This document shows positions 1-10,319 of a DNA stretch of 64,000 nt, one piece after another; position 1 is the stretch's first letter; every line of letters starts with the position of its first letter. This DNA is from Naegleria gruberi (Eukaryota). The notes beneath the pieces are model-generated. The model had not been told where the DNA came from. It searched no databases and saw nothing but the letters and a program-made list of their open reading frames with translations. The translations under genes were made by a program, and so were the position numbers. The stretch lies in the NCBI GenBank assembly GCA_000004985.1, contig GG738903.1; one strand, written 5' to 3'.

Positions 1-111
1 ATTTAATTGGTTTCAGGAAGAAAATATTTCATCAATGCGCAATACCATAAAATATTCTTTGAATATTTCAATTGAGTGTTGGTGATATGAAAATGCAATC
101 CTCCAAAATTC

Positions 112-1068
112 TCAAATGCATAAAGATCGCTCTGCTGAACTATTCTCCAAATCACTCTTAGTTGTAAGGAGAATTACTTCTGGATTGATGGCATGAGTAC
201 GAAATTCCTCCTTTTTGTAATCAAACACGTGCTTTACATTACTGGAATAAGGATTTCCTAATAGTAAGATTGTTGAAGTAGCTCTATAAAAGGTGAATGG
301 AATGTGTAAAACTCTCTCACCAGAGTAACTATCCCACAATTCCAGCTTTAACTTTGTTTCTTGGCCAATGTTGAATTGCTTAACTGCAAAATCAATTCCA
401 ATTGGAGGTAGAATGAATGGATTTAAGGAAACAGGTGAATCTTTCATGGCACACTCGTGAAATGAGGTTTTTCCTGATTTATGTTCTCCATCCAATAAAA
501 CTTTGACCATTTGGGGAGAATTCTTTGGTGGGATAGAAGAAGCAATAGCATCAACTGTGTTGCTTTCTGATGAAGAAGTTTTGAAGAATCCAAGAAAACT
601 GTCGAATAATCCTGTTTTTGACTTTTCCTTTTTTGATTTACTTTTCGAATCTTGATACTCATTGAAAAAACCTTTCAATATTACTAATTCTTCATCTACC
701 CAACTGTCATCAACAGAAATTATTTTAGAATCTCCAGAAATTATTGCAATTTTTGCTAATTTACATGCAAATTCATAAACTTGCCTTCTCAACAAATACT
801 TGATGAACTTCCTTGCCCGAAAATCAGAAGATAGCAACAACTGATCCAACTCTTTAAATCCCGAACATTTTAATTTAAATTTTCTAATTAATATTTCATA
901 TTCTTTCCAAATTAATTCAATAGATTTTCCTCTCCACTTTTTACACACTCTCCCAAATATGAAAAACAATTCCACACTATTGAAAAAATGTAATACTTCT
1001 CCGATTATCATATCATTAGGCAATTCATGAAAAAGAGTGGAGTAAGAAATTGTTTTGCATGTTTCCAT
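112..1068 (-). CDS. F-box-like N-terminus fused to a divergent Rab-like small GTPase domain (318 aa)
   Basis: ATG at 1068, TGA at 112–114. The N-terminus, LPNDMIIGEVLHFFNSVELFFIFGRVCKKWR, is F-box-like. The C-terminal half carries Ras/Rab motifs: P-loop GEHKSGKTS; switch I PPIGIDF (Rab TIGVDF-like); G3 LELWDSYSGER (WDTAGQE-like, catalytic Gln missing); YRATSTILLLGNP; G4 TTKSDLE (NKxD-like). Confidence 0.55.
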   Translation of the reverse strand: METCKTISYSTLFHELPNDMIIGEVLHFFNSVELFFIFGRVCKKWRGKSIELIWKEYEILIRKFKLKCSGFKELDQLLLSSDFRARKFIKYLLRRQVYEFACKLAKIAIISGDSKIISVDDSWVDEELVILKGFFNEYQDSKSKSKKEKSKTGLFDSFLGFFKTSSSESNTVDAIASSIPPKNSPQMVKVLLDGEHKSGKTSFHECAMKDSPVSLNPFILPPIGIDFAVKQFNIGQETKLKLELWDSYSGERVLHIPFTFYRATSTILLLGNPYSSNVKHVFDYKKEEFRTHAINPEVILLTTKSDLENSSAERSLCI

Positions 1069-1198
1069 TTTTTTTGTAAACTTTGCAAAACTTTGAAATC
1101 TCTAACATGTCATAGGAAAGTTGAAATAGAAATATCAAAGAAATTGACATTTCATGCTACTTTACATTCTCGTAAATTGTCCAAATAACAAGAGCCAT

Positions 1199-1570
1199 TC
1201 AATTATTCATACTTTTATCAAATTTGAGATTCATCAGATCAGTGGAAGAGCACAATATTCTAAAGAACTTTCCAGACAAGAAATACTTTGGAAAGGTAAT
1301 CCATTGCTCAATGAATATTCTCTTAATAAAATCCCATGGACCTGTAAATGGTTCTGGCTTATTTGTTTCCAACTTGTGTCCAATGTTTTGCATGCCCATG
1401 GCTATGGCCATAATGGGAAAACCAATAATTGAAAGAAATGGTTGAATAAAAAAGAGGACAATGGTCAGAATGGAGCCAACCATGAATAGTGGAACAAAAA
1501 ACAAGTGCAATAGCAAATTAATTTTGGAAGAGTGGCGACTTTGATAAACATTCAGAGGGTTTTGAGTCAT
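1199..1570 (-). CDS. small membrane protein with two predicted TM helices (123 aa)
   Basis: ATG at 1570. Two long hydrophobic stretches (LLLHLFFVPLFMVGSILTIVLFF, FLSIIGFPIMAIAMGM). No recognisable family. Confidence 0.35.
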   Translation of the reverse strand: MTQNPLNVYQSRHSSKINLLLHLFFVPLFMVGSILTIVLFFIQPFLSIIGFPIMAIAMGMQNIGHKLETNKPEPFTGPWDFIKRIFIEQWITFPKYFLSGKFFRILCSSTDLMNLKFDKSMNN

Positions 1571-1859
1571 TTTCTTGTTGTTTCGAATTGTTTCGAATAG
1601 ATTAGTTTGGATTGAGTTAGTTAAAGTATTGGAAATGTCCTATTGTTCCAATAGTACTCTTCCTTGGTCAGATTCTAATTGAGTCGGTTTTTTGCGGATA
1701 ATCTTCCATGACCTGTGGATTTTGATATCTCAACCAAAACTCCTTTCGAAATAGATTTTGAAATGGAAGATTTTCCTTGTGAACAATTGGCTCAATTCTT
1801 CCTTAATGTTTCAGTTGGTTTCGTTTCTATAATTCGAAAGTGAGAATTTTTGAAATAAT

Positions 1860-2918
1860 TTAATTATAATTGATATCACACAATGTAAATTCTGTTTCTT
1901 CTTTGAATCCACTTCGTACATACACTCCATTTGAGGTTGGATTTGATGAATCGGCAGTCAGAAACATCCACTTGAATAATTGATTTCCACCTTCTTCCTT
2001 TCTTTCGAATAATTGCATTGACATGGATTGAATGAGAAATGAGGCAATACCTCTTCCTCTATATTCTTCCTCTGTGAATACATGAGTAATTCTACATGCA
2101 CTTGGAATTGGAGTGGCCAAAGCAATGGCAATAGGATTCGAATTTCCTTTCATGGTAACATAGAAGGTATTTCCTTTCTGGGATGGTCTAAGCAACATAT
2201 TTTCGAGAATAAATTGTTCTGATGGCACTATTGCTGGAAAACAAATCTTACAAAATCTGTGAATCATATTGGCACAGTGTTTGGTTAGATTTTCATTGGT
2301 TGTGTCCAAAAATTTGAGTTCGTAATTTGTTTCCTTAGGTGGAAGTGTTAAATGATCTCTAATGAGTGAGTAGGACATCATCTTTACCTGAATTTTGTAA
2401 GAAGGAGAAGGATTCATACCAGGATCAAAATTTGAAACGTATTCCTCACATAGAAATAAACTTTCCTCAGTTGACCAGAATCCAGTCAACTTTCTGTCAA
2501 ACTTTTTAACGATTTCTTCAAATTGATCAAAGGATAATACATCACTATTGTTGGAAATTCTCAAATTCCGATAATCAACTGAACAAAACATTTTTAAAAC
2601 TCCTCTTGCAACTATTTTTCTAGTTTCCAATAATTGTTTCTCATCTGGAAAACTAAACACCATCAATTGTGGTGGAAACCAAGTCACGACTCTTTCAATT
2701 TCTCCCTTCTGATGTACAACCATAAGGAATCTCCTATCTATTGTAAATCTTTCCGGATTGTCAACCATGGATTTCATCAAACCAATTTGATAATTATTAC
2801 TTGCAGAATTTTCAAGAAGAAACGCAAGACAATCATTATAGAATTTCAAGGTATCTGTGTAGAATGTGATGGTGTGAGAGTTTTCATCAATGGAAGGTAA
2901 GGAATAAGTTATTGACAT
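1860..2918 (-). CDS. protein with C-terminal GNAT N-acetyltransferase domain (352 aa)
   Basis: ATG at 2918. Near the C-terminus, RGRGIASFLIQSMSMQ matches the GNAT acetyl-CoA motif A (R/Q-x-x-G-x-G/A). Confidence 0.55.
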   Translation of the reverse strand: MSITYSLPSIDENSHTITFYTDTLKFYNDCLAFLLENSASNNYQIGLMKSMVDNPERFTIDRRFLMVVHQKGEIERVVTWFPPQLMVFSFPDEKQLLETRKIVARGVLKMFCSVDYRNLRISNNSDVLSFDQFEEIVKKFDRKLTGFWSTEESLFLCEEYVSNFDPGMNPSPSYKIQVKMMSYSLIRDHLTLPPKETNYELKFLDTTNENLTKHCANMIHRFCKICFPAIVPSEQFILENMLLRPSQKGNTFYVTMKGNSNPIAIALATPIPSACRITHVFTEEEYRGRGIASFLIQSMSMQLFERKEEGGNQLFKWMFLTADSSNPTSNGVYVRSGFKEETEFTLCDINYN

Positions 2919-3376
2919 TTTTTTTTAAAGAGTTTTCACAAAGATTACAATAAAAAAAGGCAATTACCATCAACTTGTGTAACAATTATAGAAAATCCGT
3001 ACTATTTGTTGAAATCTTATTGAATAGCAGTATTAGTAATTAAATTATTCCAATTTTTTTGTAATTTAGAACTTCCCAATTTTGCTCCAAGCTCGATTTT
3101 CTTGAAAAACCACCACCACGTGTAAACCTCCTTTTGATACTTGTCCAATTCCTGTTTGTTATTGTATAAATGGTATTCCTTAATTCTGGATTAATATGAT
3201 AAGGTGTTCTTTGTGTGAAATAATTTTTCAATGGATGATTGACTTAACCAGAAAAAAGACAAAACAAATCCTCAGGAATAGGAATTGAGCCATATTTATT
3301 ACAAAAGTTTACAATAGTGTTCAAAATAATTCTAAAGTTGTTTAGATTTTTCAAAAAAATAGATCAAAAAAAAACA

Positions 3377-4168
3377 ATGGAATACATTGGGGCCAATCTC
3401 ATTCTCTCCTATTCATCTGCAGAAAAGAATGCAATCATCACACACGATAAAAGATCAACTACTGCCATCATTAATCAAGATGATGAATTTATTCCATTTC
3501 TCTATCTAGGAGGAAAGACAGCTGCAGAAATTGATCATCAAGCACTTTATGAAGCATTCTCAATTACTCATCTATTGAATGTGAGTGAAACTCCTAATAA
3601 TAATACTTGTTGTAATATTAAATCAAACTCCGATGATGAGAATGAAAATAATTTAATAATTGATGATGAAAATGAAAATAATGAAAAGGAGACAAATTCA
3701 CCCATTCAAAGTCTTCATCTTCCGTTCCTTGATGCTCCGAATGGTAAATTGGAACACATTCTGCCACAAGCTTTCGAATTTATTGAGAAATGTTTCGAAC
3801 AGAAAGGTTGTTTATTGGTGCATTGTAGAGCTGGAGTTTCTCGTTCAGCAAGTGTGGTGGCTGCCTTTATAATGTATCGATTTGGATTCAATCTAAAAAG
3901 AGTTCTATCTCTAATGAAAGAGAGGAGACCTTCGGTGGATCCAAACTTTGGTTTCATTTACAAATTGAAAGAGTTGGAGAAGCAGTATTGTGATGAGAAG
4001 GATTTAGTGGATAGTATTAATGTGGAGGAGGTGTGGAGCAAGTATTGGTATGATTATGAGATGGTGAAGGAGTGGACACAAAGTGAAATTGCTGAACTGT
4101 TTAGTATGGATGGAGATTTTGATGAGAATGTGGAAACACTAATTTCATTAAGGAATAGATCAAAATAA
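3377..4168 (+). CDS. dual-specificity protein phosphatase (DUSP) with an N/D/E-rich insert
   Basis: Active-site signature VHCRAGVSRSAS (HCxxGxxRS) followed by a typical DUSP C-terminus. First in-frame ATG is at 3377 (MEYIG...). The ORF-track start at 3317 is TTG. Confidence 0.7.
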   Translation: MEYIGANLILSYSSAEKNAIITHDKRSTTAIINQDDEFIPFLYLGGKTAAEIDHQALYEAFSITHLLNVSETPNNNTCCNIKSNSDDENENNLIIDDENENNEKETNSPIQSLHLPFLDAPNGKLEHILPQAFEFIEKCFEQKGCLLVHCRAGVSRSASVVAAFIMYRFGFNLKRVLSLMKERRPSVDPNFGFIYKLKELEKQYCDEKDLVDSINVEEVWSKYWYDYEMVKEWTQSEIAELFSMDGDFDENVETLISLRNRSK

Positions 4169-4226
4169 ATAAATACCAGAAAATCCTTAAGAAAATATTT
4201 AAGATCATTAAGGAAAGACTCAACAA

Positions 4227-4299
4227 GCCCGTCTAGCTCAGTCGGTAGAGCGCAAGGCTCTTAACCTTGTGGTCGTGGGTTCGACCCCCACGGTGGGCG
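4227..4299 (+). tRNA. tRNA-Lys (anticodon CUU)
   Basis: GCCCGTCTAGCTCAGTCGGTAGAGCGCAAGGCTCTTAACCTTGTGGTCGTGGGTTCGACCCCCACGGTGGGCG folds as a cloverleaf with A and B boxes, a 7-nt anticodon loop CTCTTAA and a 7-bp acceptor stem. It is near-identical to metazoan/fungal tRNA-Lys-CTT. A T-run lies 5 nt downstream. Confidence 0.9.
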
Positions 4300-4386
4300 A
4301 TTCAGTTTTATATTTCTAGTTATTTGTATCTAGATATTCCTTTTACCTTAAACCAATGTTGAACAGAGTTTAATTATTTACATATT

Positions 4387-5025
4387 TTAAAAGAAACCCC
4401 ATGCTTTGAATTGTCTTGAAATTCTTTTGCATGCTTCCATAACTTGTGGTTTCAAATCTTTGGAAAGATCTTTTGGATTATCCAAGAATGCAAATGGAAC
4501 AGCATTTGTAACTTTATCCACAAATTGCTTCTCTGACATTGACTCTGTGAAATGTGTTAAAACAATCATTGGATTGAAAGGAAGCCCCTTTACATCTGTT
4601 TCTTTAACAGCATTTTGGAATTTGACAAATTTTTGTAAAGAAACAGAATTCCATTCACAAGCTCTACAAACAAAAATAACTGCGTCAATTCTATTATCGA
4701 GGTCAATCTTGTTTGTCAAGTAATTTTCCACTAAATTAGTTCCGGTCTTGATTCCTTGCAAGATTAATTTTAAGGTATTCAAGTCGTCTGGATTTTCGAA
4801 TGGTTTACCAGCAGAATCAAACAACAACAAGTTGGCAGACGAAACTGGAACACTTTCGTAAAGTAAGGTACCAACTTCTGCCTTTCTTCCAACATCACAT
4901 GTTTCAACCATGATATTTGGATTGAAAAATTTGAGGAGAGTGTTGATGAAGGATGATTTACCTGAATGTGGATCACCAACCACAAGAATTTTGAGAGGAA
5001 GGTTTGGGAGAGTTGTTAAAGACAT
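4387..5025 (-). CDS. P-loop GTPase, IIGP/IRG-like (first copy of a tandem pair)
   Basis: P-loop GDPHSGKSSFINTLL (IIGP-like GxxGxGKSSFIN); conserved block CDVGRKAEVGT; G3 LFDSAG. ATG at 5025 (MSLTTLPNL...); the track start at 5058 is GTG. It is a paralog of the gene at 5212–5962. Confidence 0.5.
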   Translation of the reverse strand: MSLTTLPNLPLKILVVGDPHSGKSSFINTLLKFFNPNIMVETCDVGRKAEVGTLLYESVPVSSANLLLFDSAGKPFENPDDLNTLKLILQGIKTGTNLVENYLTNKIDLDNRIDAVIFVCRACEWNSVSLQKFVKFQNAVKETDVKGLPFNPMIVLTHFTESMSEKQFVDKVTNAVPFAFLDNPKDLSKDLKPQVMEACKRISRQFKAWGFF

Positions 5026-5211
5026 TTTTTGTTGAACCAAATTGAAACGTGATGTCACGTTAAGAATATCTACTCACTGGTATTTATTTTCACGTTTCGA
5101 AAACTTTTTCGATGTGTATTTCATTACATTTTTAAGGAAAGATGCATTAGTTTCAAAGAAAGTTGGGTCAATACTTTTGCTAAAGACATATTTATTCATT
5201 TAATAACTAAT

Positions 5212-5962
5212 CTATCTACGCTTTGTAAGAACCTCTGCACTGACAACAAGGAACACAAATCCAACTACATTTTCTTTAACAATTTCTGAATTCATCCATT
5301 CAGAAAGTGACAAGTTTACACCTGTTGGCAATCCATGAATTAACTTTTGAATTTGATTCACATCATTTCCATCCATTCCCTTTTCGAATGGTTTACCAGC
5401 AGTATCAAAGATGTGATATTCATGACCATTAGAGGAACCGAGATGAACTTTTTCATAGTGAACTGTGCCAACATCTGCCTTTCGTCCAACATCACAACTT
5501 GCAACTTGGATTCGTCTATTGAAATATTTACACAATGTGTTGATTGTTGAGGATTTTCCAGAGTGTTGAGGTCCAAGCACAAGAATGTTGGTAGACTTTT
5601 TGTTAGGATTATATTTCATGTTTTCAACCTCAATTTTTTGTAACATCAAGTCAATGATTTTGTTCTTTTCTGATGGAATGTCAGTTTCCAAGTTGATATG
5701 ATTTTCAAAAAAGAAAATTCTATTTTCATGGATAAGGTTAGACAGAGATTCCTTTAATTCAATTCTTGTTGAGCTGGGGATTTTTTCATGGTTTGTAATA
5801 ATGACCAAAGGTTTTTGTTCTGATAAAGTTGAAATACGAATGTGGAAGAAACTTACTGAGTGATGATTTTTTTTCGAGCCATTGGTAAAGATTTCCAATA
5901 TTAATAACAGCGTCTGTGTCTATGACAATAGATGGACCAAAGAAAAATTCGAACAAACCCAT
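5212..5962 (-). CDS. P-loop GTPase, IIGP/IRG-like (second copy), two exons
   Basis: Model join(complement(5857..5962), complement(5212..5819)). Exon 1 starts at ATG 5962 (MGLFEFFFGPSIVIDTDAVINIGNLYQWLEKKSSL) and ends at donor GTAAGT. The intron is 37 nt (5820–5856), ending ...TATCAG. Exon 2 carries P-loop GPQHSGKSSTINTL, CDVGRKADVGT and FDTAGKPFE. Total 714 nt, in frame. The track start at 5898 is TTG. Confidence 0.5.
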
Positions 5963-6172
5963 TTTTTTTAAGTTATTCGAATCTTGGTGGAAACGAGTGA
6001 GGTAGAAAAAGTATTGTGATTCTAACTACAAACTGCAAACGTGATGATTTCTATGCAACCTCTCACGTTTCCATTCTATTCGAATCTAATGAAAGAACAA
6101 GAAACGTGAAATCATCACGTTTGCTATTAGAATCACAAATCTCGTTTACAATAAAAACTCAAAAAAAAACGC

Positions 6173-7102
6173 ATGCAGATCTTTCAGACCTTTCTTCAGA
6201 ATTTTCGTGGTTTGTGGAGTAGAAACACAATTCAAAAGACTCAATGCAAACCCTCTTTGGAAATTTTAGAGGACTGCTTTAAGAAAAACCGTAGGTTTCT
6301 TTCATTTTAGATTCAGATACAGTTTCGAATAGAAGAAAAAGTTGTTTTTGTTTCATTTGGAAAGAAAGAAGCCATATTCAGCAATATTCCAGAAAATTAC
6401 TTTCTTTTCGTTCAGAAAGAAACGGATTTCGATCTTATTCATCAAACCATTCACAAGATTGTGAAACATCGAAATGACCAAACTATTTCGATTAGAATTT
6501 TAGGTCAACCAACTCATTTGAAAGAGGAAATTCAACAATTGTTCTTGTCATTGTTTAATGTTGTGGAAGATGGTGATAATTCGAGTGACGTTGTCGTGTA
6601 TTTTGTTGAAAACATTGAAACTGTATACGAAACTGTTTCGGATAGTCCAGAAAGAGTTTCTAATGCTTCTGACAATGATCCACAAGAATTATCTCATAAC
6701 TTATTTGATAGGGTCACCAACGAACTAAACTCTGACATTTCCATAACTGGAAATTACAACGAGCACGCAGAACTTTTAAGAAATTGCCTCTCTCGTTTAA
6801 TCAACCCAATTTCAAAGGAGAAGAAACTATTCTTATTTAGTTGGAAGAAAGGTCCTCAATCAACTGTTTTCTTTAGAGATGATGGTTATTTTAGAGAACA
6901 CAAAGATGATCCATTATCGAGGGAGAATTATTGTGTTTTGTTTCTTCCAATGGATAAAGAAAGTTATTGGAGTTTGAAGAGTGAATATTTGAAATTTGTT
7001 CAATCGACTCATCCAAATGTTTCATTCTTTTATGTTGATAGCATTGGGTCTTTTGATGAGCGTCATTTGTCAATTGATTTTATTAAGTGGCTTTCAGGAT
7101 AA
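6173..7102 (+). CDS. hypothetical protein (about 268 aa), tentative two-exon model
   Basis: The long ORF 6461–7102 has no ATG; its frame stays open upstream to 6311. Tentative model join(6173..6209, 6333..7102) uses ATG at 6173, donor GTTTGT and acceptor AATAG. That gives MQIFQTFLQNFR-EEKVVFVSF... No recognisable domain. Confidence 0.35.
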
Positions 7103-7642
7103 TCATCTATAAATGGAAATAATTAATACATTCTCCTTTACTAGTCATTCATCATTGTGTTGTTACTTCTAAATATTACTTTGACAGTATTTGGTGAGGA
7201 AATGGATCATTGTGTAGTTACTTCTATTATGTGAGGAAGAAAGTAGGAGAAATTAGTGGATAACACATGAAAGTGAAACCAGAGTTGACACACCATAACG
7301 TATAGTTACCATTAATGTTGTTAATTAGTGAGTACTTTATTGAAATTAATTCATTTTTACAGCTTAGAACATCTCATAAAAGAAGAACTATTTAAAAGAA
7401 AGTTCTGAGCACTACATTGCTTGCTCTCGAAAGATCACTTTCACTTGGATCATTGTTTGATTGACCAAATGTAAGGTTGCCTTCCAATAAACATTTAAAA
7501 CGATCAACTTGCAAATTATCTGAATTGAAATCCCAACCAAAAGGGTCAAATAATGAAATCTTGTCTGTAAGTGGATAATTATTAACTCTATTCGATTGAA
7601 TAGTTTATAATAAGTGAAACAACTTCTAGAAGCTATTAAGAA

Positions 7643-9517
7643 TTATTTTACTTTTTTAATGAGTTTTAACAGATTTTCAATCTCTGACTCATTTTCAATA
7701 GCATCAATTGAACAATTATAATCATAATATAACCACACAACACCTCTCTCTCTAATAGATATATCCGATTGATAGAGATTTACACCTGAAGGAAACGAAT
7801 CATCTGGTGAGTCCTTTTTCCAATAGGTCTTATTGAGAGTTGCCAAAACCATGATAACAGATGCTCCTCCATAATTTTTGTTCTCATCTGAGAGTGTTAC
7901 CTTGAAATCAGACCATGTTGGTGGTCCATTATGATAAATGAATCGAAGGACGACATCTGGCTTTTGAATTTCTTGCAATGATTGAATATTGAGATTGAGG
8001 AATTGTTGATTGGCCTTTTCTTTGAGTTTCTTCTTGAAATTGCCAGAGATTCCTTCCTTTCTATCTGAAATTGCAACTTGAAAGGTTCTTTCTCTGATTA
8101 TCTCAATAGTATATTTTTGGGAGGTTGAAGGAGTTCTTGAATTCATTATTGATAGGACTGATTGACCAATGGTGGATGGTGTCGTGAAGGAAACCTTAAT
8201 GACTGATCGTTCAGGGATGAATTCCACCATGCATTCCATAGAGCTACTGGCAAAATGTTGTAGAACTGCTCTGACAGATGTCAAGTCAAGGAATTCAACA
8301 TTCTCATCATAAATGTCGCATATTTTAAATTCCAAATAGGTAAGAGTCTTCTCACGTAAAACCCATTTAGAATCTTGAATTTGCACATTCTCTGAGTTAA
8401 TAAGGGCCATCTTGGACCAGTTGACATCCTGACAATCAGCAGTAAATTCAACAGTTTTTTGTTGATCTCCAAACTTGAGCTGAAGCACTGCTTCCCCCAC
8501 AAACTGACATTTAAAGTCAATAACAAGATTATTATCCATAACTGAGACCTTACAATTCCATTCAGAATTTCCACATCTCACAATTGCCTTAATATCCTCC
8601 GCCTTAAACTGCTTGACTTGATGTGAATTGTTAATATTAACACAGGGGATGATAACTGAGCAGTCTTTTCCAGCTATACATCTCTTATTCCAGTTTGATT
8701 TGGAAATACTATTAGCTAAAGATAGTTCTCTATGGTTAAATGTCTTGACTTCCTTTAATAGAATGGTTCCCATGTATTCTAAAGAAAATTCGTATAATCC
8801 TTCGTTTTTGATACAGAAAGATCTGTTCCATTGCTTCCTTCTTTGTAAGCTTGATTGCAATACCAAATTAGATTTCTTTTCAAATGTTTCATTATGCATA
8901 TCAACACCACGAACTCGAATAATTAAATCACTTTCCTTCACGTTCAAATCTGTTTCGACAATAAAATTCACTGGATCATTGGTGTAAATTATTTGAGAAT
9001 GAGGTTCTATTCTTTTTACATGAACCTCTCCGATTCCAATTGATCTGGGAGGATCTTGAATTTTCTTTAATTCCAATTCAGATTTAGTTTGAATAATTGG
9101 CAATGTTTGAGTTGTTTGATTTTGAATCAGTGATGGCTTTTCAGAGTTCATTAATCCACTCTCTACAATTTTAATCATTTCACTTTTCATTGATTTTGAA
9201 ACTTGGTCAACAATATTATTCAACTGTTCCAATTGACTCATCGAAGTTGCATTCCACCAAAACGGTTTCATCTCAAACAATCGACTCAAATACATCAAAG
9301 CAGCTCCTTCCCTAGAAAGCTTAATCTGTTTAAATTCCAATCTGATTTGATCGACATTTGATCTTGAAAAAGAGACAGCCCATGGATAATTAGTGTCACC
9401 ATATTTGAATTGAAGTTCTAGAGCTTCTAATAAATCATCCTTTATGTTATTCATATGGACGAATTGGACTGCCAATTCATAGTTGAATGGAGTTGCAAAC
9501 TTGAATGATTGCAACAT
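7643..9517 (-). CDS. hypothetical 624-aa protein
   Basis: One continuous ORF starting at ATG 9517. It has Ig/filamin-like beta-rich stretches but no confident family assignment. Confidence 0.45.
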   Translation of the reverse strand: MLQSFKFATPFNYELAVQFVHMNNIKDDLLEALELQFKYGDTNYPWAVSFSRSNVDQIRLEFKQIKLSREGAALMYLSRLFEMKPFWWNATSMSQLEQLNNIVDQVSKSMKSEMIKIVESGLMNSEKPSLIQNQTTQTLPIIQTKSELELKKIQDPPRSIGIGEVHVKRIEPHSQIIYTNDPVNFIVETDLNVKESDLIIRVRGVDMHNETFEKKSNLVLQSSLQRRKQWNRSFCIKNEGLYEFSLEYMGTILLKEVKTFNHRELSLANSISKSNWNKRCIAGKDCSVIIPCVNINNSHQVKQFKAEDIKAIVRCGNSEWNCKVSVMDNNLVIDFKCQFVGEAVLQLKFGDQQKTVEFTADCQDVNWSKMALINSENVQIQDSKWVLREKTLTYLEFKICDIYDENVEFLDLTSVRAVLQHFASSSMECMVEFIPERSVIKVSFTTPSTIGQSVLSIMNSRTPSTSQKYTIEIIRERTFQVAISDRKEGISGNFKKKLKEKANQQFLNLNIQSLQEIQKPDVVLRFIYHNGPPTWSDFKVTLSDENKNYGGASVIMVLATLNKTYWKKDSPDDSFPSGVNLYQSDISIRERGVVWLYYDYNCSIDAIENESEIENLLKLIKKVK

Positions 9518-9718
9518 TTTTTTTCTTTTAAAACGTGATTTGTTGAATGGGCTTTTTGAGTCTTGGAATTATTATTAGAAAGCACGTTTCGTCCACTTTA
9601 CTCCAACACGTTTCGTTTCATCACGTTTCGAATGGCCTTAAAAGTTGGTTGTGTTTATCACGTATTAGAGAAATATATAACAAGAAAAAACAAACAACCA
9701 AATCATCAAACAATAAGA

Positions 9719-10272
9719 ATGTCATCCCCAACCCACTATGCTTGCCTTGAATCCAATAACAATTCAAAGTTCAGATTTGCCTATCATGAAACATTCTCAT
9801 CCCAACAATCTGGAAAAGTATTCTTGATTGATTTTGAAAATTCTGTCAAGTATATGAATGATAATTGTCCTCTTGATGTCATCAATACAAAGGTTTTTAC
9901 TCAATTGGTCAGTGGACTTGTTTCAGTCAAGATTTCAGACGAAACTAAAGGAGTCATTGAACTCACCATTGGAACCAAATGTTTGAAATTGGAAAAGACT
10001 GAAATTACAAGTCAAGATTTCCTTCAAGAACAGGTTTACTTGTTGGAGAAGAAGTTTGAAAGAATGCTCAAAGGTAAGTTGTCGGCAATTCGAATAATTT
10101 TGTTGATAACAACAATTTAAAAGAAAATGATAACAAGATTAAAAGCTTGAATGAAGAAATTCACTGCTTAAGAGCAATGAATGAAGAATTGGCTCGAGTT
10201 GTGAGAACCAAGAACGAAGAACAACCTGTTCAACCAGTTGCTGAAGAAGTTCCACCAGTTGTTGTCGAATAA
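9719..10272 (+). CDS. small protein with C-terminal coiled coil (about 167 aa), two exons
   Basis: Model join(9719..10073, 10124..10272). ATG at 9719 (MSSPTHYACLES...). Donor AAAG|GTAAGT; 50-nt intron; acceptor TTAAAAG. Exon 2 encodes ENDNKIKSLNEEIHCLRAMNEELARVVRTKNEEQPVQPVAEEVPPVVVE*. Confidence 0.55.
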
Positions 10273-10319
10273 TTGAAAACTAATGTGTTGTACTTCAATA
10301 CTTTACACTGTAAATAAAT

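Noticed and set aside
3040-3231. 63-aa minus-strand ORF between the GNAT gene and the DUSP gene
   Set aside because: It is short, has no ATG context support or conservation, and lies in the divergent promoter region. It is probably non-coding.
7153-7235. Short direct repeat tcattgtgt(t/a)gttacttcta ×2 in the 7.1–7.6 kb spacer
   Set aside because: Only two imperfect 20-nt copies. It is too short to call a repeat family or regulatory element.
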